A stretch of 38,157 bases of DNA from Anaerolineae bacterium (GCA_041082215.1 JBDOIF010000094.1:1-38157), one strand, 5' to 3'. Positions 1-12,174 are shown, numbered from the stretch's first letter. A program made the numbers and translations. The notes: generated by a model from the sequence alone, not told the origin.

Positions 1-82
1 ACCCCCGCCCGCCTGTGGCGGGTGCCCCCTCCCCGCTCCCGCGCGGCGGGTGAGGGGCGGGGGGGGGGGGGGGGGTGAGGGC
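1..82. repeat. CCTCACCC...GGGTGAGG-type GC-rich intergenic palindromic element (partial), with a long poly-G run
   Basis: Ends in ...gggggtgagggc like the copies at 17161-17208, 20241-20278 and 27228-27267. Confidence 0.55.
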
Positions 83-134
83 TGTCCCCTATCATCGTGA
101 TAACTTGTCAGCCTGCAAAAAGGCTGTCCTGCGA

Positions 135-1499
135 CTATTTTCGGACAGGCTGATCGAAGTGGGTGCTCTCTCCGATGAGGGACCAGGGGCCGGCCCACGT
201 GATGCGGACGTTTACCCGTTGCCCCAACCGGTCCTCCTCATCCTCAAAGAAAACCAGCTTGTCGGTGCGGGTGCGGCCCCACCAGCGGCCCTTTTTCTTT
301 CCCTCCACCAGCACCTCTACCCGTTCCCCCAGCAGTCGGGCGTTGATCTCGGCCGCGACCCGGGCCTGTAGCTCGTCCAGCGCCCTGCGGCGGCGCTCCT
401 TCTCCTCCGGCGGCACGTCGTCCGGGTAGCGGCGGGCGGCCAGGGTCTGGGGACGGGGGGAGTAGCGGGCGATGTGGGCCTTGTCCAGCCGCAGCTCCGC
501 CAGCAGGTCGTAGGTCCGCCGGAACTGGGCCTCCGTCTCCCCTGGAAAACCGACGATGACGTCGGTGGCGATGGAGACGCCGGGGATACGCTCCCGGATG
601 CGCCCGACCAGCCGCCGGTAGTCGTCGGCGGTGTAGCCCCGCCCCATTCGGGCCAGCACCTCGTCGTCCCCTGCCTGCACCGGCACTTCCAGGTGCTCGC
701 AGACCCTGGGCAGCCTGGCCACTGCTTCCATAAGCTCGTCAGTCATCCAGTTGGGATGGCTGGTGAGGAAGCGGATGCGCTCCAGCCCTTCGATTTCGTG
801 GAGCTGTTCCAGCAGCCCGACCAGAGGGGTTCCATGCCTGGGATCAGGGCCCGAAGCCAGATCGTAGCCGTAGCGGTCCACGATCTGCCCCAGCAGGGTG
901 ACCTCCCTGACCCCCTGAGCGACCAGGGCGCGGGCTTCGGTTACGATCTCCTCCGGCGTGCGGCTCCGCTCTGGCCCGCGACGGTAGGGGATGACGCAAT
1001 AGGCGCAGCCGTGGGAGCAGCCCAGAACGGCGGGAATGTAGGCGGAAACGAGCTGGCCCTGCTCCCGGCGGGGCAAAAGGTATCCGTTCTGGACCCCGTA
1101 TCGGCGGGCGGCCTCCGCCGTCTCCATCGCCCGCCCCTCATCCACCATCCCCTGTTCCACCAGGAGGTCCAGCAGCGGCCCTGGCTCGGAGGGGGGCATG
1201 AAAACGTCCACCCAGGGGAACCGATCCCGCAGCGGCGCGGGGTCGCGGACACCCACCAGGCAGCCCATCAACCCCACCACCATCTCCGGGCGGCGGGCTT
1301 TGAGGGGCCTGAGGGAGCTCAGGCGGCCGTAGACCTTGTCCTCTGCCTGCTGGCGGACGACGCAGGTGTTGAGGACAACGACGTCCGCCTCTTCGGCCCG
1401 GTCGGCAGGCTGGTAGCCCAACCGTTCCAGCGCTGCCGCCAGCCGGCGGGAGTCGGCGTCGTTCATCTGACAGCCGATGGTCCAGATGTGGTATTTCAT
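135..1499 (-). CDS. miaB: tRNA-2-methylthio-N6-dimethylallyladenosine synthase MiaB (radical SAM methylthiotransferase)
   Basis: N-terminal MTTase domain (GCQMN, LNTCVVR, GC), radical SAM CxxxCxxC (CSHGCAYC), RIRFLTSHP, DVIVGFPGET, YSPRP and a C-terminal TRAM domain. Confidence 0.93.
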   Translation of the reverse strand: MKYHIWTIGCQMNDADSRRLAAALERLGYQPADRAEEADVVVLNTCVVRQQAEDKVYGRLSSLRPLKARRPEMVVGLMGCLVGVRDPAPLRDRFPWVDVFMPPSEPGPLLDLLVEQGMVDEGRAMETAEAARRYGVQNGYLLPRREQGQLVSAYIPAVLGCSHGCAYCVIPYRRGPERSRTPEEIVTEARALVAQGVREVTLLGQIVDRYGYDLASGPDPRHGTPLVGLLEQLHEIEGLERIRFLTSHPNWMTDELMEAVARLPRVCEHLEVPVQAGDDEVLARMGRGYTADDYRRLVGRIRERIPGVSIATDVIVGFPGETEAQFRRTYDLLAELRLDKAHIARYSPRPQTLAARRYPDDVPPEEKERRRRALDELQARVAAEINARLLGERVEVLVEGKKKGRWWGRTRTDKLVFFEDEEDRLGQRVNVRITWAGPWSLIGESTHFDQPVRK

Positions 1500-1534
1500 G
1501 GTTGCCGGTTGCTGGTGACGGATGACGAATGACG
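1500..1534. repeat. Degenerate heptamer tandem array
   Basis: ggttgcc ggttgct ggtgacg gatgacg aatgacg, directly upstream of the miaB start. Confidence 0.55.
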
Positions 1535-1562
1535 GAAACGAACGATGAATGGCCGGTTGCCG

Positions 1563-2339
1563 TCAGCTTCGTGCTTCCTCAAGAAGCCGCTCCACCCATA
1601 AACGTGCCGGATGGTCCACCCGTTCCAGCTCCTTCCGCACCGCTTCCCGGTCGTATGGGACGCGGCGGAGGGAGACGGTGCAGGAGCCGTCTGCAAACTC
1701 CAGCCGGGCGTAGGCCGCCCGCGGGTCGCCATCGAGTGGCAGCCCCACTGAGCCGGGGTTAGTCAGCCGCACCCCGCCCACGACGCGGTCGGTCTGGCGG
1801 TGGGTGTGGCCGTAGAGGAGCAGATGGGCGTTCAGGCCTTCCAGGTAGGGGATGATCGCCCCGTCGGGGGTATCCGGCAGCCAGTTGGTCTCGTCGTCGC
1901 CCGGAGTGGCGTGAACAGCAAGAACGGGGCCGTAGCAGGGGATCTCCACCTCCAGCCGGGTCGGGAGGTCGCGCAGGAAGCGGTAGTCGTCGTAAGAGAG
2001 CCGCTCTACCGTCCAGCGGAAGTTGGCGTCCCGCACCGTCAGCGTGGCGGCCATCTGCGCCCAGTCGTCGGCGGAGCGGACCGGTATGGCAGGCCGTCGG
2101 CCAGTGACCAGGTACCGGTCGGTGTTGCCCTGGACGAAGGCCACGTTCGGCAACGCCCGCAACCGGGCCAGGGTCTCTGCCGGCCAGGGGCAGAAGGCGA
2201 CCAGGTCGCCCAGCACCCAGAAGGCGTCCGGCAGGCCAGCGGCCTCGACGTCGGTCAGGACCGCCTCCAGGGCGGGGAGGTTGCCGTGGAGGTCGGATAG
2301 GAGAACTACAGATAGGCGGGAGCTGATCGGTGTTTCCAC
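1563..2339 (-). CDS. Metallophosphoesterase (calcineurin-like, YfcE/MJ0912 type)
   Basis: Motifs DLHGN, GDLV, GNTD, H, GHTH and NPGSVG. Confidence 0.88.
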   Translation of the reverse strand: METPISSRLSVVLLSDLHGNLPALEAVLTDVEAAGLPDAFWVLGDLVAFCPWPAETLARLRALPNVAFVQGNTDRYLVTGRRPAIPVRSADDWAQMAATLTVRDANFRWTVERLSYDDYRFLRDLPTRLEVEIPCYGPVLAVHATPGDDETNWLPDTPDGAIIPYLEGLNAHLLLYGHTHRQTDRVVGGVRLTNPGSVGLPLDGDPRAAYARLEFADGSCTVSLRRVPYDREAVRKELERVDHPARLWVERLLEEARS

Positions 2340-2349
2340 TGGACCTCCC

Positions 2350-3552
2350 TCAGGGTGAAATGTCGGAGGTCAGCAGCTCTATTGCCAGCCGGGCATAGAC
2401 CTCGGCGGCGGCGCATACATCGTCCAGAGCGACCCACTCATCGGGAGCGTGGGCCTGACGGGGGTCGCCCGGGCCGAAGCCGACCGTGGGGATACCGGCT
2501 ATCCCCGCCGTGTAGGTCCCTTCAGTGGAAAAGCTCCAGAAGGTCACCCGGGGCCGTCGGCCCAGTTGGACCCGCGCCGCCCGCATCAGCGCTGTCACCA
2601 GGGGGTGTTCCTCTTCGATGACCCAGGGGGGGTAGAACTCCCGCGCCTGGCACAGGTAACCGGTGTAACTGGTGGCGGTGTACTCGGTCACCTGCACGTC
2701 GGCGCGCACCCCCTCCCGGGCGATGACCCGCCGGACTTCGGCCAGGGCCTTGGCCTCCGTCTCCCCCAGTGTCAGGCGGCGGTCCACAATGATGTCGCAG
2801 CGATCGGGCACGGCGTTTCGGCTGCTGGCCCGGCTGCGGACATCGGTCACTGCCAGAGTCCCCCGGCCCAGGAAGGGATCGTCCCCCAACTGGTCGGCCA
2901 GCAGCTCCAGGCCAAAGACCAGCCGTGCGGCGGTGTAGATGGCGTTCTCCCCCAATTCGGGCTGGGAGGCATGGGCGGAGCGGCCGTAAGTGGTGACCTG
3001 AAGCTCGATCCGTCCCCGCTGGCCCCGGGCCACCTGGAGGTCGGACGGCTCGGCGATCAGCACCCAATCGGGCCGGATCCCCTCTTCTTCGATCAGCACC
3101 CGACTGGCAAGCCCCTCGCACGGCTCCTCCTGCACCACACAGGCCACCACCACCCGCCCCTCCCGGAGCGCCCCCGTCCGCTGGAGCAGATGGGCGCCGT
3201 AAACCATCGCCGCCAGCCCTCCCTTCATATCGCAGGCCCCCAGCCCGTAGAGCCGCCCCCGCTCTATCTCCCCGCCGAAGGGGTCGTGGGTCCAGACCTC
3301 CGGGTTGCACAACGCTACGGTGTCCATATGGCCGTTGAGCATCAGGACCGGTCCCCCGTCCCCCCCGGCCCAGCCGACCACGTTGCCCATACGGTCGGAC
3401 CGCACGTTCTGGAGTCCCAGCCGCGTCATCTCCGCCGCGATCCGCTCTGCCAGCGCTCTCTCCTGGGTGGAAGGGCTGGGGATACGGACCAGGTCCTGGA
3501 GGAAAGTGGTGAGGGCTTTCTTTTCCCCCTCGTCAAGCCGGAGGTTTACCAT
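2350..3552 (-). CDS. M20 family metallohydrolase, YgeY-like
   Basis: GHMDTV, DMKGG, VQEExCEG, GQRGRxE, SAHASxPExGxNAI, FLGRGTL, DRRLTxGET, WSFST, GFGPG, AHAPDE. Start moved to ATG 3552 (GAGGTG SD); the 3576 start lies inside a heptamer repeat. Confidence 0.8.
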   Translation of the reverse strand: MVNLRLDEGEKKALTTFLQDLVRIPSPSTQERALAERIAAEMTRLGLQNVRSDRMGNVVGWAGGDGGPVLMLNGHMDTVALCNPEVWTHDPFGGEIERGRLYGLGACDMKGGLAAMVYGAHLLQRTGALREGRVVVACVVQEEPCEGLASRVLIEEEGIRPDWVLIAEPSDLQVARGQRGRIELQVTTYGRSAHASQPELGENAIYTAARLVFGLELLADQLGDDPFLGRGTLAVTDVRSRASSRNAVPDRCDIIVDRRLTLGETEAKALAEVRRVIAREGVRADVQVTEYTATSYTGYLCQAREFYPPWVIEEEHPLVTALMRAARVQLGRRPRVTFWSFSTEGTYTAGIAGIPTVGFGPGDPRQAHAPDEWVALDDVCAAAEVYARLAIELLTSDISP

Positions 3553-3562
3553 GCTCACCTCG

Positions 3563-3597
3563 TGGTCACTGGTCATTGCTCATTGGTCATTGGTCAT
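3563..3597. repeat. Heptamer tandem array (TGGTCAT)x5
   Basis: tggtcac tggtcat tgctcat tggtcat tggtcat between two genes. Confidence 0.85.
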
Positions 3598-3602
3598 TGA
3601 TT

Positions 3603-5018
3603 TCAGTATGCCCCTTCGGCGAAGAGCACCTTGGGGATGGTGCGGACCAGGATTTTGAAATCGAGCCAGGGGGACCAGTTTTCGATGTAGTAAATGTCGA
3701 GCAGGACCATCTCATCGAAGGAGAGGCGGCTGCGGCCGCTCACCTGCCAGAGGCCGGTCATCCCCGGCGGGGCCTCCAGCCGCTTCTTGTGCCATTCTTT
3801 GTACCGCTCCACTTCCGATGGAAGGGGAGGGCGGGGTCCTACCAGGCTCATCTCCCCTCGCAGCACATTGATCAACTGGGGCAGCTCATCCAGGCTGGTC
3901 CGTCGCAGGAATCGGCCCACGCGGGTCAGGCGGGGGTCGTCCCGGATTTTGAAGAGGGGACCGTCCGCTTCGTTCAGCTCGGCCAGCGCTTCCTGCTCCG
4001 CCTCCGCCCCCTCGTACATCGAACGGAACTTATACATTTCGAAGGTCCGCCCGCCCACTCCCACCCGCGTCTGACGGAAGATGACAGGGCCGGGGCTGTC
4101 CAGTCGGACGGCAAGGGCGATGAGGGCCAGGAGCGGCGCTCCCAGGGTCAGCCCTACGACTGCCCCCATCACATCCATTGCCCGCTTGATCAGGAGGGCC
4201 CCCTTGCTGATGGAAACCTCCCGCACGCCGATGAGCGGCACCCCGCCCATATCCTCCACATCCACATGGCTCAGGCTCATCTGGAAGAGGTCGGGCACGA
4301 TGCGGGCGCGCACGTTCTTCCGCTCGCATTCGCGGACGATAGACATAATCTTGCGATGGTACATCCAGGGCAGGGTGATGATTACCTCGTCGGCCCGCTC
4401 CTGGTCTATGGCCTGGGGCAGGTTTTCCAGGGGGCCAAGGGCCTTGAACGGGCCAATGTCGGTCCAGCCCTTCTGGGGGTTGTCGTCCACGAAGCCGATG
4501 GCCCGGTAGCCCAGCTCCGGCTGGGCGACGATGGTGCGCATCACCGTTCGTCCCACCTCCCCTGCGCCGACGATAATCACCCGGCTCACGCCGATGCCCC
4601 GGGCGCGCAGCCAGGCCAGGATGGTCCCTTCGATCCACCGCGCGATCCCCATCAGCAGGATGGTCAGGATGCCCACCTCGATCAGCATCACGCGGGAATA
4701 GACGAGGGGGCGAAAGACGAAGGTGATCGCCAGCGTCAGCACCGTCATCTTCGTCGTGGCGTTGACGATGCGGTACATCTGCTCCATCCAGGAGCCCCGC
4801 CAGTTGCGGTAGACGCCGTCCACCACAAAGAAGAGGGGAAGCAGGATCACGTAGAGGGCCAGGAACGGCAGATAGGCCGAAAGGGGGGCATCGTAGGCGA
4901 TGTCGAGGAACCAGCGCAGGTCGTACCGCATCCAGTAGCCGGCGACAAACCCCGTTGCGATAACGACCACGTCTACGGCGATGGCCCACCAGGGGGCCCG
5001 GTGTCCGTTCCGATTCAT
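3603..5018 (-). CDS. Polyprenyl-phosphate sugar phosphotransferase (WcaJ/WbaP-like priming glycosyltransferase)
   Basis: N-terminal TM helices, CoA-binding-like GAG domain, C-terminal Bac_transf motifs KFRSM, DPRLTRVGRFLRRTSLDELPQL, GEMSLVGPRP, PGMTGLWQV. Confidence 0.92.
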   Translation of the reverse strand: MNRNGHRAPWWAIAVDVVVIATGFVAGYWMRYDLRWFLDIAYDAPLSAYLPFLALYVILLPLFFVVDGVYRNWRGSWMEQMYRIVNATTKMTVLTLAITFVFRPLVYSRVMLIEVGILTILLMGIARWIEGTILAWLRARGIGVSRVIIVGAGEVGRTVMRTIVAQPELGYRAIGFVDDNPQKGWTDIGPFKALGPLENLPQAIDQERADEVIITLPWMYHRKIMSIVRECERKNVRARIVPDLFQMSLSHVDVEDMGGVPLIGVREVSISKGALLIKRAMDVMGAVVGLTLGAPLLALIALAVRLDSPGPVIFRQTRVGVGGRTFEMYKFRSMYEGAEAEQEALAELNEADGPLFKIRDDPRLTRVGRFLRRTSLDELPQLINVLRGEMSLVGPRPPLPSEVERYKEWHKKRLEAPPGMTGLWQVSGRSRLSFDEMVLLDIYYIENWSPWLDFKILVRTIPKVLFAEGAY

Positions 5019-6160
5019 CCCTTATCCTCTTTCAAAGCTCGACGGTATACAACGACGGTCTCAGCGGCGGTCCGCCCCCACGTGAAACGGGCGGCGTGGG
5101 CCAGCCCCTGTTGGCGAAGCGCTTCCCGGAGGGGGACGTCGGTCAGCAATCGGTGCAACCCCTCAGCGATCGCCTCAATGTTGTATGGGTCCACCCTCAG
5201 TCCCCCCTCCCCTGCTGCCTCCGGGAGGGCGGAACAGTTCGAGGTGAGGACCGGCGTGCCACAGGCCAGCGCCTCCAGCACCGGCAGCCCGAACCCTTCG
5301 TAGAGGGAGGGATAGGCAAAGACGGTCGCCGCGCTGTACCAGAGGGGGAGCTCTTCCGCCGGGATGTAGCCGGGGAAGAGGACCTTTCCCTCCAGACCCA
5401 GCGCCTCCACGCGGGAGAAGATTTCCTCATCATACCAGCCCCGTCCGCCCACCAGGACGAGCCTCAGGTTCGAGTCGTGCAGGCGGGCAAAAGCCTCGAC
5501 CAGCCGGGTCAGGTTCTTGCGCGGCTCCAGCGTCCCCACATAGAGGACAAACCGCTCCGGCAGCCCCTGCCGGGCCCGGAAGGCTGCCACCTCCTCGGCA
5601 GGAAGGGGCTGGAACCAGGGGTCCACCCCGTGGTAGACCACGTCCACCTTCTCCCGCGCCACACCTAGGAGCTGCACGCTCTCCTCGGCGGCGTGGGCGG
5701 AGACGGCGATGATCCGGCGCGCCCGGCGGGCGGAGGCCCGGGTGAGCAGCCGCAGGTAAAGCCGGTTGGCGGGGCGGAAGAGGTGGGGAAAACGGAGGAA
5801 GCTCAGGTCGTGCACCGTGATGACGACGGGGCATGGGGCGAACAGCGGCCCCACGAAGACCGGCCCGTGGGCCAGGTCTGCCCGGACCCGTCGGAGCGCT
5901 CCCGGCTGGATCAGTTGTTCCCAGATCGCCCGCACCGGGGGACGGTCGGTGGGCCAGCGACTGCGAAGCACCCGCACCGCTTCTCCAGGCGGCCTCCCTT
6001 CCGGCCCCAGGAACGCCGTGACCCGGCAGCCTGCCTCCGGCAGGTGCGCGAGGAGGTGAAGGATGTATTGATGGACACCTGCGCTCCGGTAGGAAAGGGC
6101 GCCGGAGAGCAGGTGGGAATTCAGGGCCACGTGTACGGGCCGCTCATCGGCGACATTCAT
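5015..6160 (-). CDS. Glycosyltransferase family 4 (GT-B, MtfB-like)
   Basis: VITVHDL, GTLEPRKN, YPSLYEGFGLPVLEALACG (EX7E motif); overlaps the downstream transferase start. Confidence 0.92.
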   Translation of the reverse strand: MNVADERPVHVALNSHLLSGALSYRSAGVHQYILHLLAHLPEAGCRVTAFLGPEGRPPGEAVRVLRSRWPTDRPPVRAIWEQLIQPGALRRVRADLAHGPVFVGPLFAPCPVVITVHDLSFLRFPHLFRPANRLYLRLLTRASARRARRIIAVSAHAAEESVQLLGVAREKVDVVYHGVDPWFQPLPAEEVAAFRARQGLPERFVLYVGTLEPRKNLTRLVEAFARLHDSNLRLVLVGGRGWYDEEIFSRVEALGLEGKVLFPGYIPAEELPLWYSAATVFAYPSLYEGFGLPVLEALACGTPVLTSNCSALPEAAGEGGLRVDPYNIEAIAEGLHRLLTDVPLREALRQQGLAHAARFTWGRTAAETVVVYRRALKEDKG

Positions 6161-6168
6161 CGGAGGAG

Positions 6169-6177
6169 ATTATACCA
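6169..6177 (-). promoter_or_regulatory. Extended -10 promoter TGGTATAAT for the GT4 operon
   Basis: The reverse complement of attatacca ends 8 nt before the ATG at 6160; no SD fits in between. Confidence 0.6.
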
Positions 6178-6197
6178 CGTCCGACCGGGATGACCAG

Positions 6198-7580
6198 TCA
6201 ACCGGACGGTGCGGCTGGGAGCGTGAAACGGAAGGTAGAGCCTTTGCCAGGGATGCTCTCGACGTGGATTTTTCCCCCGTGCATTTCGACGAGTTGCCGG
6301 GCGATGGCCAGGCCCAGCCCCGTTCCGCCAGCCTCCCGCGAGCGGGACCGCTCCCCCCTCCAGAATCGCTCAAAGACGTAGGGGAGATCCTCCGGGGAAA
6401 TGCCGACCCCTGTATCGGCCACAGCGATCTCCACCTCCCCCTCCCGGACGGTTGCCGAGAGGGTCACGCAGCCGCCCGCCGGGGTATGACGGAGCGCGTT
6501 GCTCACCAGATTGCCCAGCACCTGACCGACGCGCCGCCGGTCGGCCAGGACCGGAGGAAGCCCGGCAGGCAGGTCCAGCGCCAGCATGATCCCCCGGTCC
6601 TCAGCCTGGGGGCCAAAGTTGACCCGGGTATCCTGGATGAGGTCGCCGACGTCCAGCGGCTTCTTCTCCAGGGCAAGCTGGCCTGCTTCCGCCAGCGCCA
6701 GCAGCCGCAGGTCCTCCACCAGCCGGGTGAGCAGTTGGATCTCATCCAGAACCGGCTCCAGGTGTTCCGGCGTGGCGGGATAGACGCCGTCGAGGACCCC
6801 TTCGATCTTTCCGCGGATCACGCTGAGGGGGGTGCGGAGTTCGTGGGCCACATCGGCGGTGAGATTGCGGCGGAGCTGGTCGGCGCGGGCCAGTTCTTCA
6901 GCCATCCGGTTGAAGGCAGAGGCCAGCTCGCCGATCTCGCCGGGGTGGTCTGTGGGGACCCGCACAGAGAGGTCGCCGGCGGCCACTGCCCGCGTTGCCT
7001 CGGTCAGGCGGACCAGGGGGCGGCTCATCCCCCGGGAGAGGATAAAGCCAATGGCCAGACTCCCCACGCCGATCCCCAGGGCAGTGAGCAGGAAGCGGGG
7101 GAGGACGGCCCCGATAGCGGGGGAGGGTTCCGGGGGGCGGGGGAAGGGGAACAGGAGGAGGAAACCCACCGGCTCTCCATCCACCTGGATCGGCGTGGCC
7201 ACCTGCTGCTCAAAGGGGGACAGCCCTTCCTGCCGGGGATCGCTGGCTGCCAGGACGGTGCCGTCGGGGGCGGCAAGGACGTAGGGGACCTGCCAGGTTG
7301 AGTCCCATGGCTCCCAGCCCGGCCCGCAGGGGTAGCTGGCGATGAGGTCTTCCACGCCGTCCCAGCCCCCGTGTTCGCGGTAGTAGCGCGCCAGCCGCTC
7401 TTCCCAGAGGGTGGATTCTCTGGGGGTGCGGTGTCGCTCCAGCCGACGGAGGGCCGCGCTGCCGGCCAGGGCCATCCCCATGCCGACCAGCAGGATGACC
7501 AGCGTGAACCCGATGATCAACTGCCAGAAGAAGCGGAGACTGAGCCATCGGCGCGCAAATGTATGGAGCCTGGTTTTCAT
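6198..7580 (-). CDS. Sensor histidine kinase, BaeS-like (TM-HAMP-HisKA-HATPase)
   Basis: Two TM segments, HAMP (EIGELASAFNRMA), H-box DVAHELRTPL, N-box NALRH, DTGVG, GGTGLGL. Confidence 0.93.
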   Translation of the reverse strand: MKTRLHTFARRWLSLRFFWQLIIGFTLVILLVGMGMALAGSAALRRLERHRTPRESTLWEERLARYYREHGGWDGVEDLIASYPCGPGWEPWDSTWQVPYVLAAPDGTVLAASDPRQEGLSPFEQQVATPIQVDGEPVGFLLLFPFPRPPEPSPAIGAVLPRFLLTALGIGVGSLAIGFILSRGMSRPLVRLTEATRAVAAGDLSVRVPTDHPGEIGELASAFNRMAEELARADQLRRNLTADVAHELRTPLSVIRGKIEGVLDGVYPATPEHLEPVLDEIQLLTRLVEDLRLLALAEAGQLALEKKPLDVGDLIQDTRVNFGPQAEDRGIMLALDLPAGLPPVLADRRRVGQVLGNLVSNALRHTPAGGCVTLSATVREGEVEIAVADTGVGISPEDLPYVFERFWRGERSRSREAGGTGLGLAIARQLVEMHGGKIHVESIPGKGSTFRFTLPAAPSG

Positions 7581-8311
7581 CCCTGGCCTCCTGTGTCCGT
7601 GTCCTCCAGATCGGGGGCTTCGTTGAGTTTGTATCCCACCCCGTACACAGTAAGGATATAGCGAGGGTTAGGCGGGTCCGGCTCGATCTTCCGCCGCAGG
7701 TTCTTGATGTGGGAGTCAATGGCCCGGTCGTAACCTGCATAGGCCACGTCGTAGACCTGGTCAATCAGTTGGGCGCGGGTGAAGGGCCGGCCGGGGTGGC
7801 TGGCCAGCACGGCCAGGATGTCGAACTCGGTGGGGGTCAGCATGACCTCCCGACCGGCCACTGTCACAACACGACGGGTCAGGTCAACGGCCAGCCCGCC
7901 GACGCGGACCATCCCGCTGGGCGGCCCTTCGGGGCTGGCGCGGCGGAGCACCGCCCGGACGCGGGCGACGACTTCGCGGGGGCTGAAGGGCTTGGTCACG
8001 TAGTCGTCCGCGCCTAACTCCAGCCCGACGACCCGATCCGCTTCCCCGTCGCGGGCAGTGAGCATGAGGATGGGGAGGCCGGAGAGGGCCGGGTCGTGGC
8101 GGATGCGTCGGCAGACCTCCAGGCCGTCCAGCGGCCCCGGCAGCATCAGGTCCAGGACCACCAGGTCGGGCCGCTCGTGACGGGCCAGCGTCAGCGCCGT
8201 CTGGCCGTCGCGGGCGGTGAGGATGCGGAAGCCGGCCTGGCGGAGGTAATCCCCCACTACCTCCAGAATGTGCGGCTCGTCGTCCACCACTAAGATTAGT
8301 TGTCCGGACAT
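7577..8311 (-). CDS. OmpR/PhoB-family response regulator
   Basis: VVDDE, VLDLMLP, GADDYVTKPF, winged helix IDSHIKNLRRK, TVYGVGY; ATGA overlap with the kinase. Confidence 0.95.
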   Translation of the reverse strand: MSGQLILVVDDEPHILEVVGDYLRQAGFRILTARDGQTALTLARHERPDLVVLDLMLPGPLDGLEVCRRIRHDPALSGLPILMLTARDGEADRVVGLELGADDYVTKPFSPREVVARVRAVLRRASPEGPPSGMVRVGGLAVDLTRRVVTVAGREVMLTPTEFDILAVLASHPGRPFTRAQLIDQVYDVAYAGYDRAIDSHIKNLRRKIEPDPPNPRYILTVYGVGYKLNEAPDLEDTDTGGQG

Positions 8312-8392
8312 GCTCTCTTATCCTTTAGACTTTCTGTCCATCCCGTTTAGCGGCTCCATTATAGCACTGGCCCTGAAAACGGGCAGAAAAAC

Positions 8393-8418
8393 GTAGCGCA
8401 AGATTCATCTTGCGCTAC
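8393..8418. repeat. GTAG REP-like palindrome
   Basis: gtagcgcaagat-tc-atcttgcgctac, perfect 12-bp arms. Confidence 0.8.
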
Positions 8419-8471
8419 AGAGCCCTATCTTTTATCAAAGTAGGGTAGATCACACTCCTTTGAACCCGAGG

Positions 8472-9734
<1,263 letters not shown>

Positions 9735-9792
9735 GGTTCTTCCTCGTACTTCCTCTCTCGTGAGTTATGCGTCATACGTTATATGTCATACG

Positions 9793-10572
<780 letters not shown>

Positions 10573-10573
10573 C

Positions 10574-12052
10574 CTATGGCCTCCCTCCACCGAACATCGG
10601 TCCGAACATCCCACCCCCCGGCATCCGGATAGTCGTCCCTTCTGTCGTGGTCTGGGACATAACCACCACCACATCCCCCTCGGACAGGCCGTCCACCACC
10701 TCGGCCCAGGTGCCGTTGGAGGCGCCGACGGTCACCACGACCCGTTCGATACCAAAGTTGGCCGGCGGCCCCTGGCGGGAACCCTGTCCTGCCCCTGCGG
10801 TGGGAGTGCCGGTACGCCGGAAGACAAAGTACTGTCCATCGGCGTTCTGCAGCGCCCGCAGCGGCACCAGCAGGACGTTCTCCCTGGATGCGGTGATGAT
10901 CTCCACATCGGCCGTCATCCCCGGGCGGATGGGCAGGTCGGTCGCCGCCAGCCGGACCCGTACCGGGTAGAGGACCACGCCGGATTCCACCTTGGCGGAG
11001 AGGGCAACGTAGACGACCTCGCCCTCCAGTTCCGCATCGGGGAAGGCGTCCAGATAGACCCGCGCCTTCTGCCCGATGGCCACCTGGGGGATGTCGGTCT
11101 CATCCAGGTTGATCTCCACCTCCAGCGCGCTCAAGTCGCTGATAGTGACGACCTCGCCACTCACTGTCTCACCGGGGGTGGCGTCGAGGGAGGTCACCAC
11201 CCCGTCGAAAGGGGCAGTTAAGGTAGCCTGCTCCAGTTGCAGTTGGGCCTGCTTCAGACTTGCCTGCGCCTGCTCCACTTGCAGCCGGGCCAGTTCGACT
11301 TCCTGCTCGTCGGGGCCTGCCAGCAGCTCATCCAGCGCCGCCTTCGCCTGCTGGTAGGTGTTGACGGCCTGCTGAAGCTCTGCCGCAGCGGACTCCAGCG
11401 TTTGGTCGGCCTGTTGCTGCACCCGCCGGAGGGCCAGCTCCGCGTCCTCCAGCCGCTGCTGGGACCGATCAACCCACCAGTAGGTGGCTTTGCCCTGGTT
11501 GTATTGATCCAGCCAGTAATTGTAGGTGTTGAGCGCCTCCTCGTAGGCCGACCGGGCGTCCTCCAGCGTCTCGTTGACCGTCCGGCTGTCCTGGGCGGCC
11601 TGGTAGTTGATCTGGGCCAGCCGCAGCGCGGCGGCGGCCTCTTCCAGCGCGTCCTGGGCCTGTTGCACTTCGTCCTCATCCGGCGAGGCCAGCAGCGCCT
11701 CCAGGTCGAGTTCCGCCTGGCGGAGCGAGGCTTCCGCCTGCGCCACCTGCAGCTCCAGTTCGTCCGTCTCCAGGCGGACGAGCGGCTGGCCGGCCTGCAC
11801 TACCTCCCCCTCGGCGACCAGCACCTCCGCCACCCTTCCGCCGGAGGAGAAAGAAAGCGTCACCTCCCGCGCCGGGGCGATGCTGCCGGAGCCATCCACC
11901 GTTGCCTCCAGGCTGCCCCGCTGGACGACGATCTGCTCCACCGGCACCTGGGCCGCAGCCTGCCGGGCGGAGAGGAGCTGCCAGGCGACAACCCCTCCAG
12001 CCACGACGATCAGCACGACCACTCCGATGATGAACCACCATCTCCTGCGCAT
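10574..12052 (-). CDS. Efflux periplasmic adaptor (MacA/HlyD family) with a long coiled coil
   Basis: N-terminal TM, lipoyl halves ([29 protein letters not shown]), long Q/E/A-rich hairpin, IRPGMTA. Confidence 0.92.
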   Translation of the reverse strand: MRRRWWFIIGVVVLIVVAGGVVAWQLLSARQAAAQVPVEQIVVQRGSLEATVDGSGSIAPAREVTLSFSSGGRVAEVLVAEGEVVQAGQPLVRLETDELELQVAQAEASLRQAELDLEALLASPDEDEVQQAQDALEEAAAALRLAQINYQAAQDSRTVNETLEDARSAYEEALNTYNYWLDQYNQGKATYWWVDRSQQRLEDAELALRRVQQQADQTLESAAAELQQAVNTYQQAKAALDELLAGPDEQEVELARLQVEQAQASLKQAQLQLEQATLTAPFDGVVTSLDATPGETVSGEVVTISDLSALEVEINLDETDIPQVAIGQKARVYLDAFPDAELEGEVVYVALSAKVESGVVLYPVRVRLAATDLPIRPGMTADVEIITASRENVLLVPLRALQNADGQYFVFRRTGTPTAGAGQGSRQGPPANFGIERVVVTVGASNGTWAEVVDGLSEGDVVVVMSQTTTEGTTIRMPGGGMFGPMFGGGRP

Positions 12053-12114
12053 ATCCTGCCTCCAGACCTGTTGATTTGGGTTGTTGAAAGACGGGAACTC
12101 CTTCTGTTCGCTGC

Positions 12115-12170
12115 TATTATGCCTGCAACTTGTGGAGAAACTTTGGAGAGGTGGTGAAAAGGTTGTAAAA
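12115..12170 (-). promoter_or_regulatory. Candidate promoter with OmpR/BaeR-type direct repeats for the MacAB-like operon
   Basis: On the minus strand, TCTCCA occurs at 12144-49 and 12133-38 (11-bp period), followed by CATAAT. Confidence 0.5.
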
Positions 12171-12174
12171 GGCT

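Noticed and set aside
59..75. Poly-G run as a phase-variation tract
   Set aside because: It lies inside an intergenic repeat downstream of miaB, not in a visible CDS or promoter, and may be a homopolymer artefact.
474..5303. Long plus-strand ORFs (474..1532, 2449..3600, 3576..5303) and similar shadows elsewhere
   Set aside because: Antisense shadows of well-supported genes, typical of high-GC DNA, with no recognisable motifs.
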